Under the pieces are notes generated by a model. It did not search any database, was not told the DNA's origin, and was given only the letters and a program-made list of their open reading frames with translations. A DNA stretch of 64,000 nucleotides from Vicugna vicugna (lineage: Eukaryota), in NCBI GenBank assembly GCA_013265495.1, contig MU058444.1:744001-808000 (forward strand), read 5' to 3'. Positions 52,059 through 64,000 of this stretch are shown here, piece by piece. Positions within the stretch are counted from its first letter, which is position 1. The number at the start of each line of letters is the position of its first letter. The position numbers and the translations under genes are program-made.

Positions 52059-52913
52059 ATCAGAGGTTAATTTTTAAGGCATCTTTTGTAAGTTAGTTTT
52101 TATTTATCTCTTTCCTTTCCCCAATTCGTATATGAAATGAAAAAGAATTGGGCTACATAGAGCAGGTAGCCCTATTATAATGTGAAGTCATTTAGATTTT
52201 GTGGCTATTTCTGCTGCTAATGAACTGTGAAGCAGTAGCTGGTGAAATGAGAATGCAAGAGTCAGGGCCAGGAAATGCTTAGTGGAATCGGAGGCACCAT
52301 GTTTGTCTCTCCTTCTTTAATTAAAAAAATAAAAATAAACTACTAAGAAAAGGCTTGGAAGGGAAGTCTCAACTCTGCATTTGAACATGGGCACTGAAGC
52401 AAAATAAGTTCTTGTAAGCGTTCCTCCACGTGCCTGTGGTCTCAGCTTTTGTCTCAATGAGCCCACCTACAGATGCGGAAGATGCTTTAATGACCTTTCT
52501 TCCTGCTCAGCTTGCCAGTTGCTCTCACCCCATCTCCATCAGGCCGGCAGGTCGTTAGGGTAACTGATAAACCAAGTCCCTGTTGCTAGTTGTACAGCAA
52601 GCGAACAGATCACTTGAGGCTTTCACAGCCAGTAGGAAGATCAGAGCAGGGTCACAACCGGACAGTTCAGCAGCCAAGCGGGCTGCTGCTGTGTTGGGTT
52701 TGGTCAGCAAGGTGGGGCTTTGTTGCTGCTGGTGTTTTGGTTGTAGAAATCTACTGCTTTCAATCAATGTGAGTACTTTTCGTAGGGAAAAAATTGCTCA
52801 GTTACATTTTTTTTTCTCCATCCCCAGCATTGTTTACCCCCAGCCACTTCACATGCTTGGACATCTTACCTAGCCTCTGATGTCTTAGAATTTCACTGTA
52901 TCTTTAAAAAAAA

Positions 52914-53012
52914 TTATTTTGATTATTTTTTTTTACAGAGATACTGGAGGTTGAACCCACAACCTTGTTCATGCTAAGCCTGTGCTCTACCACTGAGCTA
53001 TACCCACTCTCC
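52914..53012 (-). mobile_element. tRNA-Ala-derived camelid SINE, short form
   Basis: Minus strand GGGTATAGCTCAGTGGTAGAGCACAGGCTTAGCATGAACAAGGTTGTGGGTTCAACCTCCAGTATCTC plus A-rich tail. Confidence 0.85.
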
Positions 53013-55019
53013 TAGAATTTTAAATCATTGAAGTCTTACACAGTGATTTATCCAAAAAAAAAAAAACGCTTAAAAATAACAATCCATTACACATTGTAAA
53101 CGATCATTTTAAAAATCCTAAGAATTGAAAAGATCCTATATATATATGTGTTTATAATCATCAGAACATGTTAAACAAGAAAAATTGTAATATATATAAA
53201 ACCTACCAAATTTGTGTGAACTAGACTTCCAACCAGACATCCCTGAGCAAGCATGTCTCTATATGTGAATGATGAGGTATTTCTATTTGGTTTCCATCAT
53301 TCCCTGTAGCTCCTTGTCAATCATCCTTTTTAAGGATGCTACAGGGGCATCAGACTCTTCCTTGCCACTCAGTGTCAGAGAATTAGTATTTCTATTAAGG
53401 TTTTGCTATCCCTTCTGCCAATGACCTTAACTTCCTTCAGTTGAGACCTCCCTGAGTTCTTTTCTCTTGAGAGTGTCACTCCGCACTTTCCGTGGCTTCC
53501 GAGTCTCAGCCTGGCCCCACTATTCAGTGGTCACACGGACATCTCTGCCTGCCTGTCCCTGTCGAGTCCTGAGGTTGCTCTCTGCCACTGCCCGCCAGCT
53601 ACATGGATCTGTCCTGGCTTTCTCATCCCCAGTCTCCACATTGAGGAGGCCACATCTCTGTCTCTCCAGCTGGATATCCATCATTTCCTCCATTCCCTTT
53701 GCTTTCATCCTCCCAGAAACGTAAAACAAGCTGGTGTTTTCAGTCTTAGAAGCAAGTTGTTCAGACAGCTGAGCAGGGTAGGTGAGGAAATGCTACGCAT
53801 GTGAGTAATGGAGCAACTTAGCAACATCTGGTCCCTATCTGCGAGGAGCAAGCCTCGTATATTACAGTCCAACCCTCTCTACTGGGAGAAAATTGGAAAT
53901 TTTCCAGTTCTGTGGATCTAATAAACTTAGCTACTACTTAACAGGGAAAAGCGAAGTGACTAAGAGAAGGACAAAACTCCTCTTGATTCTTGTACATAAA
54001 CACTCTGTATTTCCTGTTTCTTTGGTACTTTAGTGCCGCAATTTTGTAACAGGTAAATAGTCCTAAATTTTTAGAGATGCTTACTCAAGATCATAATCAT
54101 TTAATTAGCTGAGATATTTTTCAGCCTTTGACAGTTTCCTTTTCTTTCTTCCCTTCTTTTGCATTGAGATTAAATTGCCTCATGCTACACAATTATATCC
54201 TCCACTTTTTTTTCTTTCTTTCTTTCTTTTTTTTTGCTATAATAGAGCACAAAACTACATTAGTTTCAAGGGAATTTCAGATTGTGTTTATAATTCTGAG
54301 ACTAGGTAAAGAATACACATTGGCTAATGTCTGTGAACCTCAAATTCACGAAATAGAACATGTTTTTGTGTAGGTTCTAGTTTAATTTTTACAGTTTTAT
54401 TTCCTTAACCCAGAGTTATTCGTAATTTCATCATAGTGCCCGGGAAAGAGGAAAAGAAATGGCTGTGTTCTTAAACTTGGGCAGCAGCACTGAAACTCAG
54501 CCACTCCCTGTAAAGTCATTCTGTTGTATGTGACTTCATACTTAGAACATCACCGCAGTCTTCCGCCTGGGGGACCCCTGCCTTCAGTGTGGGCTCCCCT
54601 CAGGCGTGAACGGGGCCATACTTAGCTGCAGTGTGAGCACCTCAACACCAGGTGGCACTATTGGTAACACACTACAGCTGGGCAGTCGGGTCGTGCAGGT
54701 AGGTTTCAGATATTAGCATCCTGTGACCCTACTGGGCTTTCTAAAAATTAAAAAGGTATAAATTTATCATTTGTTTCCAGTACCACTAAGTATCCATCAA
54801 ATTCATTTAGAACACCACGTTCTAGAACGACCGTATTTCTTCGTTTCTCCTAATTTTACTGTCATAACCAATGATGCTGTTCTTACGCATTTTTCATGAC
54901 GTACAGTATCTTCCTCCGTCTCCATCTTTCCCCAAATGTTCAGACATTTGCGTTTCTCTGTGTCTTTGCTGTGCCTCCCAGCACTCTTCCATATGCACAT
55001 ATTCACATCGCTGCCAGAA

Positions 55020-57309
55020 CTGGTTTCAGTTTTTGTGTTTCAATTGTTCTTCATAGACACAGCATTTTTTTTTTCCCTCACAATTTGAAGGTTTGTGGCA
55101 ACCCTGGACTGAGTGAGTTTATCAATGTCCTTTTCCAACAACATTTGCTCCCTTGATGTCTCTGGGTCATGTTGTGGTAATTCTTGCAATATTTCAAACT
55201 CTTCCAGTATCACATTTGTGATGGTGACCTGGGATCAGTGATTTGGATAATACTGTCAATATTGTTTTGTTTTGTTCACATAACACAGTGAACTTAATCA
55301 ATAAATGCTGTGTGTGTTCTGACTCCTCCAATGACTGTTCGCCCATCTCTCTCCCTCCCCTCTGGCTTCCCTATACATTGAGACACAACAACATTGAAAT
55401 CAGATCAGTTAATAATCCTGCATTGCCCGCTAAGTGTTCAAGTGAAGAGTCACAAGTCTCTCACTTTAAATCAAAAGCTGGAAATGATCAAGTTTGGTGA
55501 GGAAGGCATGTCAAAAGCCAAGACAGGCAGAAAGCTAAACCTCTTGTGCCAAACATCACCAAAGGAGAAACTCTTGAAAGAAATTCAAAGTGCTGCTTCA
55601 GTGAACACACGGATGATAAGAAAGTGAAACCATCTTATTGCTGATACGGAGAAAATGTTAGTGTCTGGATAGAAGATCAAACCACCACAACATTCCCTGA
55701 AGCCAAAGCCTCATCTGGGTCTGTAAAGGCTGAAAGGGATGAGGAAACTACAGAAGATACGTCCAAAACTAGCAGAGGTTGGTTCATGAGGTTTAAGGAA
55801 AGACATAAAAGTACAAAGTAAAGTGACAAGTGCTGAGGTAGAAGCTGTAACGAATTACCCAGAAGATCTAGCTAAGGTAATGCATGAAGGTGGCCACATT
55901 GAACAACAGATTGTCAATACAGATGAAACAGCCTTCTGTTGGAAGAAGATGTTATCTAGGACTTTCATGGCTGGAGAGGAGAAGTCAATGCCTGGCTTCA
56001 AAGTGTCAAAGGACAGGCTGACTCTCTTGTTAGGGGCTAATGCAACTGGTGACTTTAAGTTGACTTCAGTGCTCACTTACCATTCCAAAAATCCTGGGTG
56101 CCCTTAAGAATGATACTAAATATTCTCTGTCTGTGCTCTCTAAATGGAACGACCAAGCCTGGATGACAGCACATCTGTTTACAACATGGTTTACTTTTTT
56201 TTTTTAACCCCCCCGTTGTGGCTCACAATAAAAAGATTCCTTTCGTATTATGACTGCTCATTGACAATGCATCAGTCTCTCCAGAGCTCGATGGGGATGA
56301 ACAATGAGACTGATGTTTTCTTGCCTCTAATGCAACATTCATTCTGCAGCCCATGGATCAAGGAGAAATTTTGAATTTCAAGTCTTACTATTTAAGAAAA
56401 ACATCTTTTAAAGGCTACAGCTGCCACAGTGATTCCTCTGATGGATCTGGGCAAAGTCAATCTTCTGGAAAGGGCTCACCATTCTAGATGCCATCAACAT
56501 TCCTGATTCATGAGAAGAGGTGAAAATATCATTAACAGGAGTTTGGGAAGACATTGATTCCAACCTTCCAACTCTCAGGGATGACGTTGAGAGGTTCAAA
56601 CTTCAGTGGAGGAAGTCACCGCAGATGTGACGGGAATAGCAAAACTTAGACATGGAGCCTGAAGATGGGACTGAATAGCTGCCATCTCAGGAGACATCTT
56701 GAACTGATGAATTGTTGCTTCTTATGGAGGAGCAAAGAAAATAGTTTTCTGAGATGGAATCTACTCCTGGAGAAGATGCTGTGAAAACTGTTGAAATGAC
56801 CATAAAGGATTTAGAATATTATGTAAACTTAGTTGATAAAGCAGCGGCAGGTTTTGGGAGGAGGTGCCACCATTTTGAAAGACGTTCTACTGTGGGTACA
56901 ATGTTATCAAACAGCGTTCCATGCGACGGAGAAATCACTCGTGAGAAGAAAAGTCCATTGATGTGGCAACGAGCATTGTTGTCTTATTTTAAGAAATTTT
57001 CCACAATCACCCCAACCTTCAGCAACCAACAGCTGTCAACACTGAGGCAAGAGACTCCACCAGCAAAAAGTATATTACTCACTGAAGGCTCAGATAATGG
57101 TTAGCATTTTTAGCAGTATATTTTAATTGACATATAAATATTTTTTAGATATAATGTTATTGTATACTTTATTAGGACTATACCATAGTGTAAATATAAC
57201 TTTTGATCTGCCCTGGGAAACCAAAGCATTCATGTAGTTCACTTTCTTGCCATATTTGCTCTTTTGTGGTGGTTTGGAACAGAACCACGATATCTCCAAG
57301 GTAGGTGTG
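55020..57309 (+). mobile_element. Near full-length decayed Tigger1 DNA transposon, about 2.3 kb
   Basis: Transposase remnants in order: [13 protein letters not shown]...EEGMSKA (HTH), [12 protein letters not shown]...[18 protein letters not shown] (catalytic domain), MESTPGEDAVKTVEMT. 3' terminus gatatctccaaggtaggtgtg. Many stops and frameshifts. Confidence 0.93.
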
Positions 57310-58324
57310 CGATCGGATTGAGCTATTTTCTGCCACTTCTCTAGGTAAGTGTATTTTTCTCAGCTCTTTCTTTCTGAAAACTCTGCCTTCTCCCCTTACT
57401 TTAATTCCAAGTCCAACATTTAATTAAACTGAGTCACACTGATAATAAAACAACCATGACTTTCCTTTTCTATCCTTGAAGGTTCCAATGATCAGAAGCC
57501 TCTGAGTGAGATTCCCAACCTACGAGGACAAGCCCGGGCAGTTGAATGACCTTACTGAGAACACAATGGAATAACCGTTTAACAAGCCTTACCACTGGGC
57601 AGTCAAAAGCTGTCAGTCAACTTGGCTTTTATAGACAATCTTGAAATCGACTTCTCTTAAATGCCCTCAACATTAACCAATATGAATGACCTGTTTTGAA
57701 TAATACTGTCTCCAAGAGGCCAGGCTTTGGGAGTCATATCAGACTTTCCCAGTGTGAGCACATCCAAAGAACAGGCAGCAGTGAACACAAAGCAGCAGGA
57801 GGAGATGGTTTTTAAGTCCACACCCACTGCTACATACTTAATTGCACTGACGGTGACTCACAGCACCTTGCATACAAGGGCAAGATGCAGCACACACACG
57901 TGGACAGTGGTAGCTGGAGACACGTATCAGCTTGTCCCTTCACACGAAGACTGGCTATTCCTTCTACGCAGGTTGGATGGAGAAGACAGATGCTCAGAGA
58001 TGAACAACGATGGATTAATGAAGTAAAGTCAGTTTTAAAGGGTTATCAGACTCTCTTTTTCTGCCCCTCTATTCCATGGTTGCCAGAAGAATAACCTCAA
58101 ATATTCAAATTTATAGAGTATTGTATTATTAGGTCCCTGGGGGATGTCCAGATTTGTTTTAACTGACACTCAATAGCTAATTAGCCTGCAACAATTTGAT
58201 AAGAGCATGAACAGAGAACTTCTTGCCCTAAATTTCCCTCTGAGACTTTGTAAGAAGCCTTTCCAAAAACCTCTGAACAAGTTTATAGCAGTTTTAGGCT
58301 CCCAAGATTTTGGTGCTGAATTAA

Positions 58325-58401
58325 TTTCTTTCTTCCTTTTCTTTCTTTCTTCCTTTTCTTTCTTTCTTCCTTTTCTTCCCTTTCTTTCTTCCTTTTCTTC
58401 C

Positions 58402-58435
<34 letters not shown>

Positions 58436-58485
58436 CTTTCTTTCTTCCTTTCTCTTTCTTTCTTCCTTCCTTCCACTTTCTTTCT

Positions 58486-58537
<52 letters not shown>

Positions 58538-58618
58538 TTTTTCTTTCTTTCTTTCTTTCTTTCTTTTTTTCTTTCCTTCCTTCTTTTCTATTCTTTTCTT
58601 TCCTTCCTTCCTTCTCTT
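58325..58618. repeat. Compound (TTTC)n/(TTCC)n polypyrimidine tract, about 294 bp
   Basis: Almost pure C/T; I see only two A interruptions. Confidence 0.95.
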
Positions 58619-58704
58619 ATTTGCATTGATCTGAGCTAAAAATTATATCTGGTTTATGTCATTGAATGTGATCATCCTAATAATGATTTATGTAATTGAA
58701 TGTG

Positions 58705-58856
58705 ATCATAATAATGGCAGCTGACATTTCTTGATATTTTCCTATGTACTAAACATGGATTCTCAGTATTTCCTGCAAGTTATCTCATTTGATCTTGACA
58801 AAAAGCCCGTCTTTATATCTCTGTGTTTACAATGGAGAGAATTGACACTGAGGTAA
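58705..58856 (-). mobile_element. MIR fragment
   Basis: ataataatggcagctgacatttcttga, ttatctcatttgatctt and tttacaatggagagaattgac. Confidence 0.55.
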
Positions 58857-59669
58857 GCGAGGAGTGGATTAAATACAGTATGGGTCTCAACATCTTATTT
58901 TTCTGTTAAATTAAATGAAGCACCATCAAGATGGAGAGCTTACGCTCTGATTGATTTGTGTGAACCGAAGCGAACACATGTTTTATTTGGGAAAGAAAAT
59001 AGAGAAGCTTGACTCTCTGGAGAGATGGCTTTCGCATGAACAGACACTTCGACCTCACAGCATGCAAAAGACTGTTCCGTTCCTCTGAAATTTAGAGAAA
59101 TGGCTTCCTTTCTTTTTTTTTAAATACCCATAGGTCACAACTAAAACTTAAAACACTTTCCATCATGGCCAAATAGTCACACAAATGCACATGTCACGAA
59201 AATATTCTCGTGACATATACTTACTTTTACTATATGAAATAAAAGTCTGATATTTTCTTGTTTATTCTATGTGTTAGGTGTTGAAAGAAACTTGTAAGTT
59301 GATTCCGCAAACCTCCAGTGAGACTTCCTGGGGCATAGGATGGAGTTTAGGGAAACCTCTAGATCATATCAAAGGGGGAACTAGGCAAAGTTAGGCTTCT
59401 CTGGGTCCAGAAGGAGAAGGTCATCACACAGAACAAGGTTCTCCAAGGTAGCATAACTGCCCTGAAGGACTCTTACTTATCCTGTCATTTCTTACCTGTA
59501 TATGTTTTGGGTTTATAAATCCTTATTTCAACTCTATCAACACTCACTGTCAAGAAATACACACCAAACACTTTGTTTACTCTGTTGCTTGGTGGGACTT
59601 GGTAGTTAAAATTTGGCCAACACCTTGGGTTGCATTTGACCACAAAGCTGTGATAGGATTACTGATTGA

Positions 59670-59905
59670 TAGCGTGGGATTTAAAATGAAACTTGAATTT
59701 GAATTCCCACTCATCCATTTTCAGCTATTTGACCTCGAACAAATTACTAGACCCAGACAGATCTTAATTTTTGCACATGTAGACTTGGTACAATAACATC
59801 AACTATTCAGGCAATATGGTAGAAATTAAATGAGACCAAATGTGTTTTTCACATTGTTCTTCTTCTATGAAGAGCTCAGAAAAGATTAGCTACGACTGTT
59901 ATAAA
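59670..59905 (+). mobile_element. MIR fragment
   Basis: cttgaatttgaattcccactc, gacctcgaacaaattact and gtagaaattaaatgagac. Confidence 0.5.
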
Positions 59906-59949
59906 TAACCTTTGTATATTTGGGGGAGTAATATGAGAATAAAGTAGAA

Positions 59950-60125
59950 ATTACAATTTACTGAGTGTCTTTTCTGCGTCTGGCACTTCACATATGTAAT
60001 ATCTAATTCTCACAATAACACAGCAAGGCAATTGTATTACTTCCATCTTTCAAATGAAGAAATAAAGGCTTTAGAGTTTAGTAACTGAAATCCACAAAGC
60101 TAGTTATAAGTTGCACTGGCATGAC
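59950..60125 (-). mobile_element. MIR fragment
   Basis: tttactgagtgtc, ctaattctcacaataac and ccatctttcaaatgaagaaataaaggctttagag. Confidence 0.6.
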
Positions 60126-61614
60126 GCCTTCTGCTGTGAATCACTCCTTTTCCAAACATCTACATGGTCCAAGACACCAGCAGAGGCATATTTACCATCA
60201 CTCCTGTCTCTTAAGTTGAGATAAGCTGTGAAAGGGGAGAGTGTCTTCTCTTTCCCCAGCTCCCTCAGGGGTAAATTCAGAATATCAGAACATGCATTTT
60301 TATTAGAATAAGAATGGTTGAACAAAACTCAGTGGCTGGTTAGAAATTTACCGTTATTCTCATAAATCAGTACTGCGTGGCTTAAGCATAAAGGTGTAGA
60401 GAACAAGAAATTTAATTGGAAAGGATCTCTGCAGCTGAATGAATTTCTAATTATAATCTAAATGGCCACACCTACCCTACCTGGGCTTTTTTAGCATTAA
60501 TAGGAAAAAAAAAAACTTTATCTGTTTGTTGTCGTGAAGGGAGGGTCAGAACTTCATAACCAGTCTTGGGGAAGATTGATTGGGACACTAAAATTCATCT
60601 AAACATGATATACTTAAGTAGGAATTTGGAAATTCACACTCTGGGTCATCTGGGCACAATTTGGTAGCCAACATTTTCTTTCCTCTTTTCAAGTCCTTCC
60701 CTACATGACTGAACAGGTGATCTGGGTGTGATTTTGATGATTGTTTCAGGAATTTGGAGCCAAGGTAGAGAGACGTGCAGCATGGCAACCTGGCTTTCTT
60801 GTCTGCTTCTAAAAGAATGAGGGAGAAGTGCCAATATCATTGAGTGTGTTAGCCCAAGGAATCTTGCAAAACAGCAAGTTACAAATGTCTACCTTTTTTA
60901 AAAAGAGCGTCACTTGCAGGATATGCCTTCCCGTTAATGCCAGTAGTTTCATAAACTCAGAGAAGCCAAACTCATTTTCTCTGAAGTGTATTACGGAAAT
61001 TTAGATTTGGATTAACATTTTTAGGTCATCAGCATCATCTGTTCTAAACATTTTTTCAAGGAAAAAAAAAGACTACCCATTGCCGAATTCCTTGATTATT
61101 TATGTATCTTTGCCTTGAATTGGAATTTGTGGGATATTTTCATCCCAAGATTCACTGCGCCTCTAATCCTAGGAGTGAGTACATTGTGTACGTGGCTGAC
61201 CAACTGTCTTGTTACTACTTCCGTGAGTAAATGAAACTATAGCAGGTTTTCAGTCCTCCGTACAATCTGGCTTTCTCCTCTTTGCTCTCAGTTTGCAATC
61301 CAACTTGGCACGTTGATAGAAAACAGCAACTTCAGCAAAGTCTTTAAAAAGCTTTTTCACATCTCTTGCATCAAAGCTCTGCTTTTCCCAGGCTAAATAT
61401 GGGGACTGTGGCTGGAGTTAAATCGATGAATGGAAGGCTGAAGTTCTTTTTCCACAACACAAACCCAAGATTTATAGGAGTGGCTAAGCTCCCCTTGCCC
61501 GTCTCTACTGAGACGCCTCACACCAAATGCCGGGGGAATTCCTTCAGCAATTTCTCAGTTTCCACATTCATATACTCTTTAGACTTTGATCCCTGGTTGT
61601 CATAAAGGTCTTTC

Positions 61615-62089
61615 TTTTTTTTATTTTAATTTTTTTATTGAAATGTAGTTGATTTACAATATTAGTTTCAGGTATACAGCAAAGTGATTCAGTTATACAT
61701 ATACATACATATATTTTTTTTCTTCTCAGATTCTTTCCACTATAGATTATTATAAGAAATTGAATAGAGTTCCCTGTGCTATCCAGTAGGTCCTTGTTGT
61801 TTATCTATTTTATACACAGTAATGTGTGTCTGTTAATCCTCAACCCCTAATTTATCCCTCCCTGCCCCTTCCCCTTTGGTAACCATAGTTTGTTTTCTAT
61901 GTGTGTGAATCTGTTTTGGGTTTGTAAATAGAATTTGTATCATTTTTTTAGATTCCACATACAAGTGATATCACATGATATTTGTCCTTCTCTGTCTGAC
62001 TTACTTCACTCAATATGATAATCTCTAGGTCCATTCATGTTTCTGAAAATGACATTATTTAATTCTTTTTTATGACTTAGTAGTATTCC

Positions 62090-62132
<43 letters not shown>

Positions 62133-62381
62133 CACATCTTCTTTATCCAGTCGTCTGTTGATGGACCCTTAGGTAGCTTCCCTGTCTTGGCTATTGTAAA
62201 TAGTGCTGCTGTAAACACTGAGGTGCATGTGGCTTTTCAAATTACAGTTTTCCCTGGATATATGCCCTGGAGTGGGATGGCTGGATCATATAGTAAGTCT
62301 GTTTTTAATTTTTTTAAGGAAACCCTGTACTGTCCTCCATAGTGGCTGCACCAATTCCCAACAACAGTGTAGGAGGGGTCC
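61615..62381 (-). mobile_element. L1 3' fragment, older class, about 0.77 kb
   Basis: T-tail, 3' UTR and ORF2 end ([12 protein letters not shown]...DDWIKKMW); internal (TA)16(CA)4. Confidence 0.92.
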
Positions 62382-62383
62382 TC

Positions 62384-63442
62384 AAAAGCAAGAATAAACA
62401 AATGGGACCTAATGAAACTTACAAGCTTCTGCACAGCAAAGGAAACCAGAAATAAAACAAGAAGAAAACCTACGGAATGGGAGAAAATTTTTGCAAGTGA
62501 AACCGACAAAGGCTTGATCTCCAAAATATATAAGCAGCTCATACGACTCAATAAGAAAAAAANNNNNNNNNNNNNNNNNNNNNNNNNNNNNNNNNNNNNN
62601 NNNNNNNNNNNNNNNNNNNNNNNNNNNNNNNNNNNNNNNNNNNNNNNNNNNNNNNNNNNNNNNNNNNNNNNNNNNNNNNNNNNNNNNNNNNNNNNNNNNN
62701 NNNNNNNNNNNNNNNNNNNNNNNNNNNNNNNNNNNNNNNNNNNNNNNNNNNNNNNNNNNNNNNNNNNNNNNNNNNNNNNNNNNNNNNNNNNNNNNNNNNN
62801 NNNNNNNNNNNNNNNNNNNNNNNNNNNNNNNNNNNNNNNNNNNNNNNNNNNNNNNNNNNNNNNNNNNNNNNNNNNNNNNNNNNNNNNNNNNNNNNNNNNN
62901 NNNNNNNNNNNNNNNNNNNNNNNNNNNNNNNNNNNNNNNNNNNNNNNNNNNNNNNNNNNNNNNNNNNNNNNNNNNNNNNNNNNNNNNNNNNNNNNNNNNN
63001 NNNNAACATAATGCCATTTGCAGCAACATGGATGCTCCTGGAGAATGTCATTCTAAGTGAAGTAAGCCAGAAAGAGAAAGAAAAATACCATATGAGATCG
63101 CTCATATGTGGAATCTAAAAAACAAAAACAAACAAACAAACAAAAACAAAGCATAAATACAGGACAGAAATAGACTCATGGACAGAGAATACAGACTTGT
63201 GGTTACCAGGGGGGTAGAGGGTGGGAAGGGATAGACTGGGATTTCAAAATTGTAGAATAGATAAACAAGATTACACTGTATAGCACAGGGAAATATACAC
63301 AAAATGTTATAATAAATCACAGAGAAAAAAATGTGACAATGAGTGTGTATATGTCCATGAATGATTGAAAAAATGTGCTGAACACTGGAATTTGACACAA
63401 CATTGTAAAACGATTATAAATCAATAAAAAATGTTAAAAAAA
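62384..63442 (+). mobile_element. Young 5'-truncated L1, same family as 18256-20561, spanning the assembly gap
   Basis: Sequenced parts differ from the 18-20 kb copy at only about 9 positions in about 610 bp by my manual count. Confidence 0.95.
62563..63004. other. Assembly gap (442 N)
   Basis: Run of N. Confidence 1.
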
Positions 63443-64000
63443 GTGTCTTTCTATCACTTATGGACAGATGCCCTTCAAACACACAAAGAAAATGATTTTT
63501 CTTCCCCAGGAAACTGCTGACGGAACATCTGCTAAACTCGGGCACTTCTGGTTCCCACTGACTCAAGTCAGAAGGTATAGTGGTACCTACCTCAGCCTTA
63601 AGCTTGGCTAACTCATAACGCCAGGCCATTCTCCAATCCAGCCTACTACTCAATGTGAAGAGTAAGCTTGGGAGGCACTTACATAACACTGAACAAATAA
63701 TACCTATTTGTAAACTGTCTAAACAGGTATTTATACAAGAGATTCTTGACCCAGAGGGTTTTTTTGTTTTTTCTTTTTTTCTGTGTAGACTCATTCTTTT
63801 AAGGGAGAGATGAGCATCATTAGTGAAGACCTGCAAATACATGTTTAGAGTTTTATTACAAATTCATCAACACAGGTCCTTCCCCAGTTGCATCAAGTTT
63901 TTCCTCTATTCTGGAATGTTTTACCCAGTTCTGAGAATGGTTACCTGCTTTGTTCACTCGCTGCCAGGAAATTGTATATGCAATTGAAAACATGCTCCAA

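Noticed and set aside
55394..57104. Domesticated TIGD-type transposase gene
   Set aside because: The coding region is broken by multiple stops and frameshifts and lies within full Tigger1 flanking sequence.
58207..58629. 140-aa F/S/L-rich membrane-like ORF
   Set aside because: Artefact of translating the (TTTC)n tract.
62409..63105. ORFs of about 200 aa
   Set aside because: Artefacts of reading through the N gap.
18256..63442. Retroelement strand bias as evidence of a host gene intron
   Set aside because: About 7 plus versus 3 minus L1 insertions is too few to infer a transcription direction.

Overview
Mammalian non-coding genomic DNA, very likely camelid (alpaca or camel): four tRNA-Ala-derived SINEs match the Tylopoda-specific Vic-1 type, and the L1s are cetartiodactyl-like. 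I recognise no host protein-coding exon, RNA gene or CRISPR array. The only long ORF (18182-20233) is the 3' half of LINE-1 ORF2 in a young 5'-truncated L1 with a clear target-site duplication (TSD). Other contents: about 10 L1 3' fragments in three apparent age classes, two Tigger1 DNA transposons (one near full length), a 571-bp ERV solo LTR with a 4-bp TSD, a MER34-like LTR, MaLR, L2, MIR and MER relics, microsatellites and a 442-N assembly gap. I found no convincing new biological system. The best observations concern transposon biology (a young L1 apparently inside the TSD of an older L1, family-level ORF2 changes, a recurrent microsatellite seed in L1), a possible GC-biased patch and two unexplained inverted repeats. 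Family names come from recalled consensus sequences, not a database search, and boundaries of old elements are approximate.
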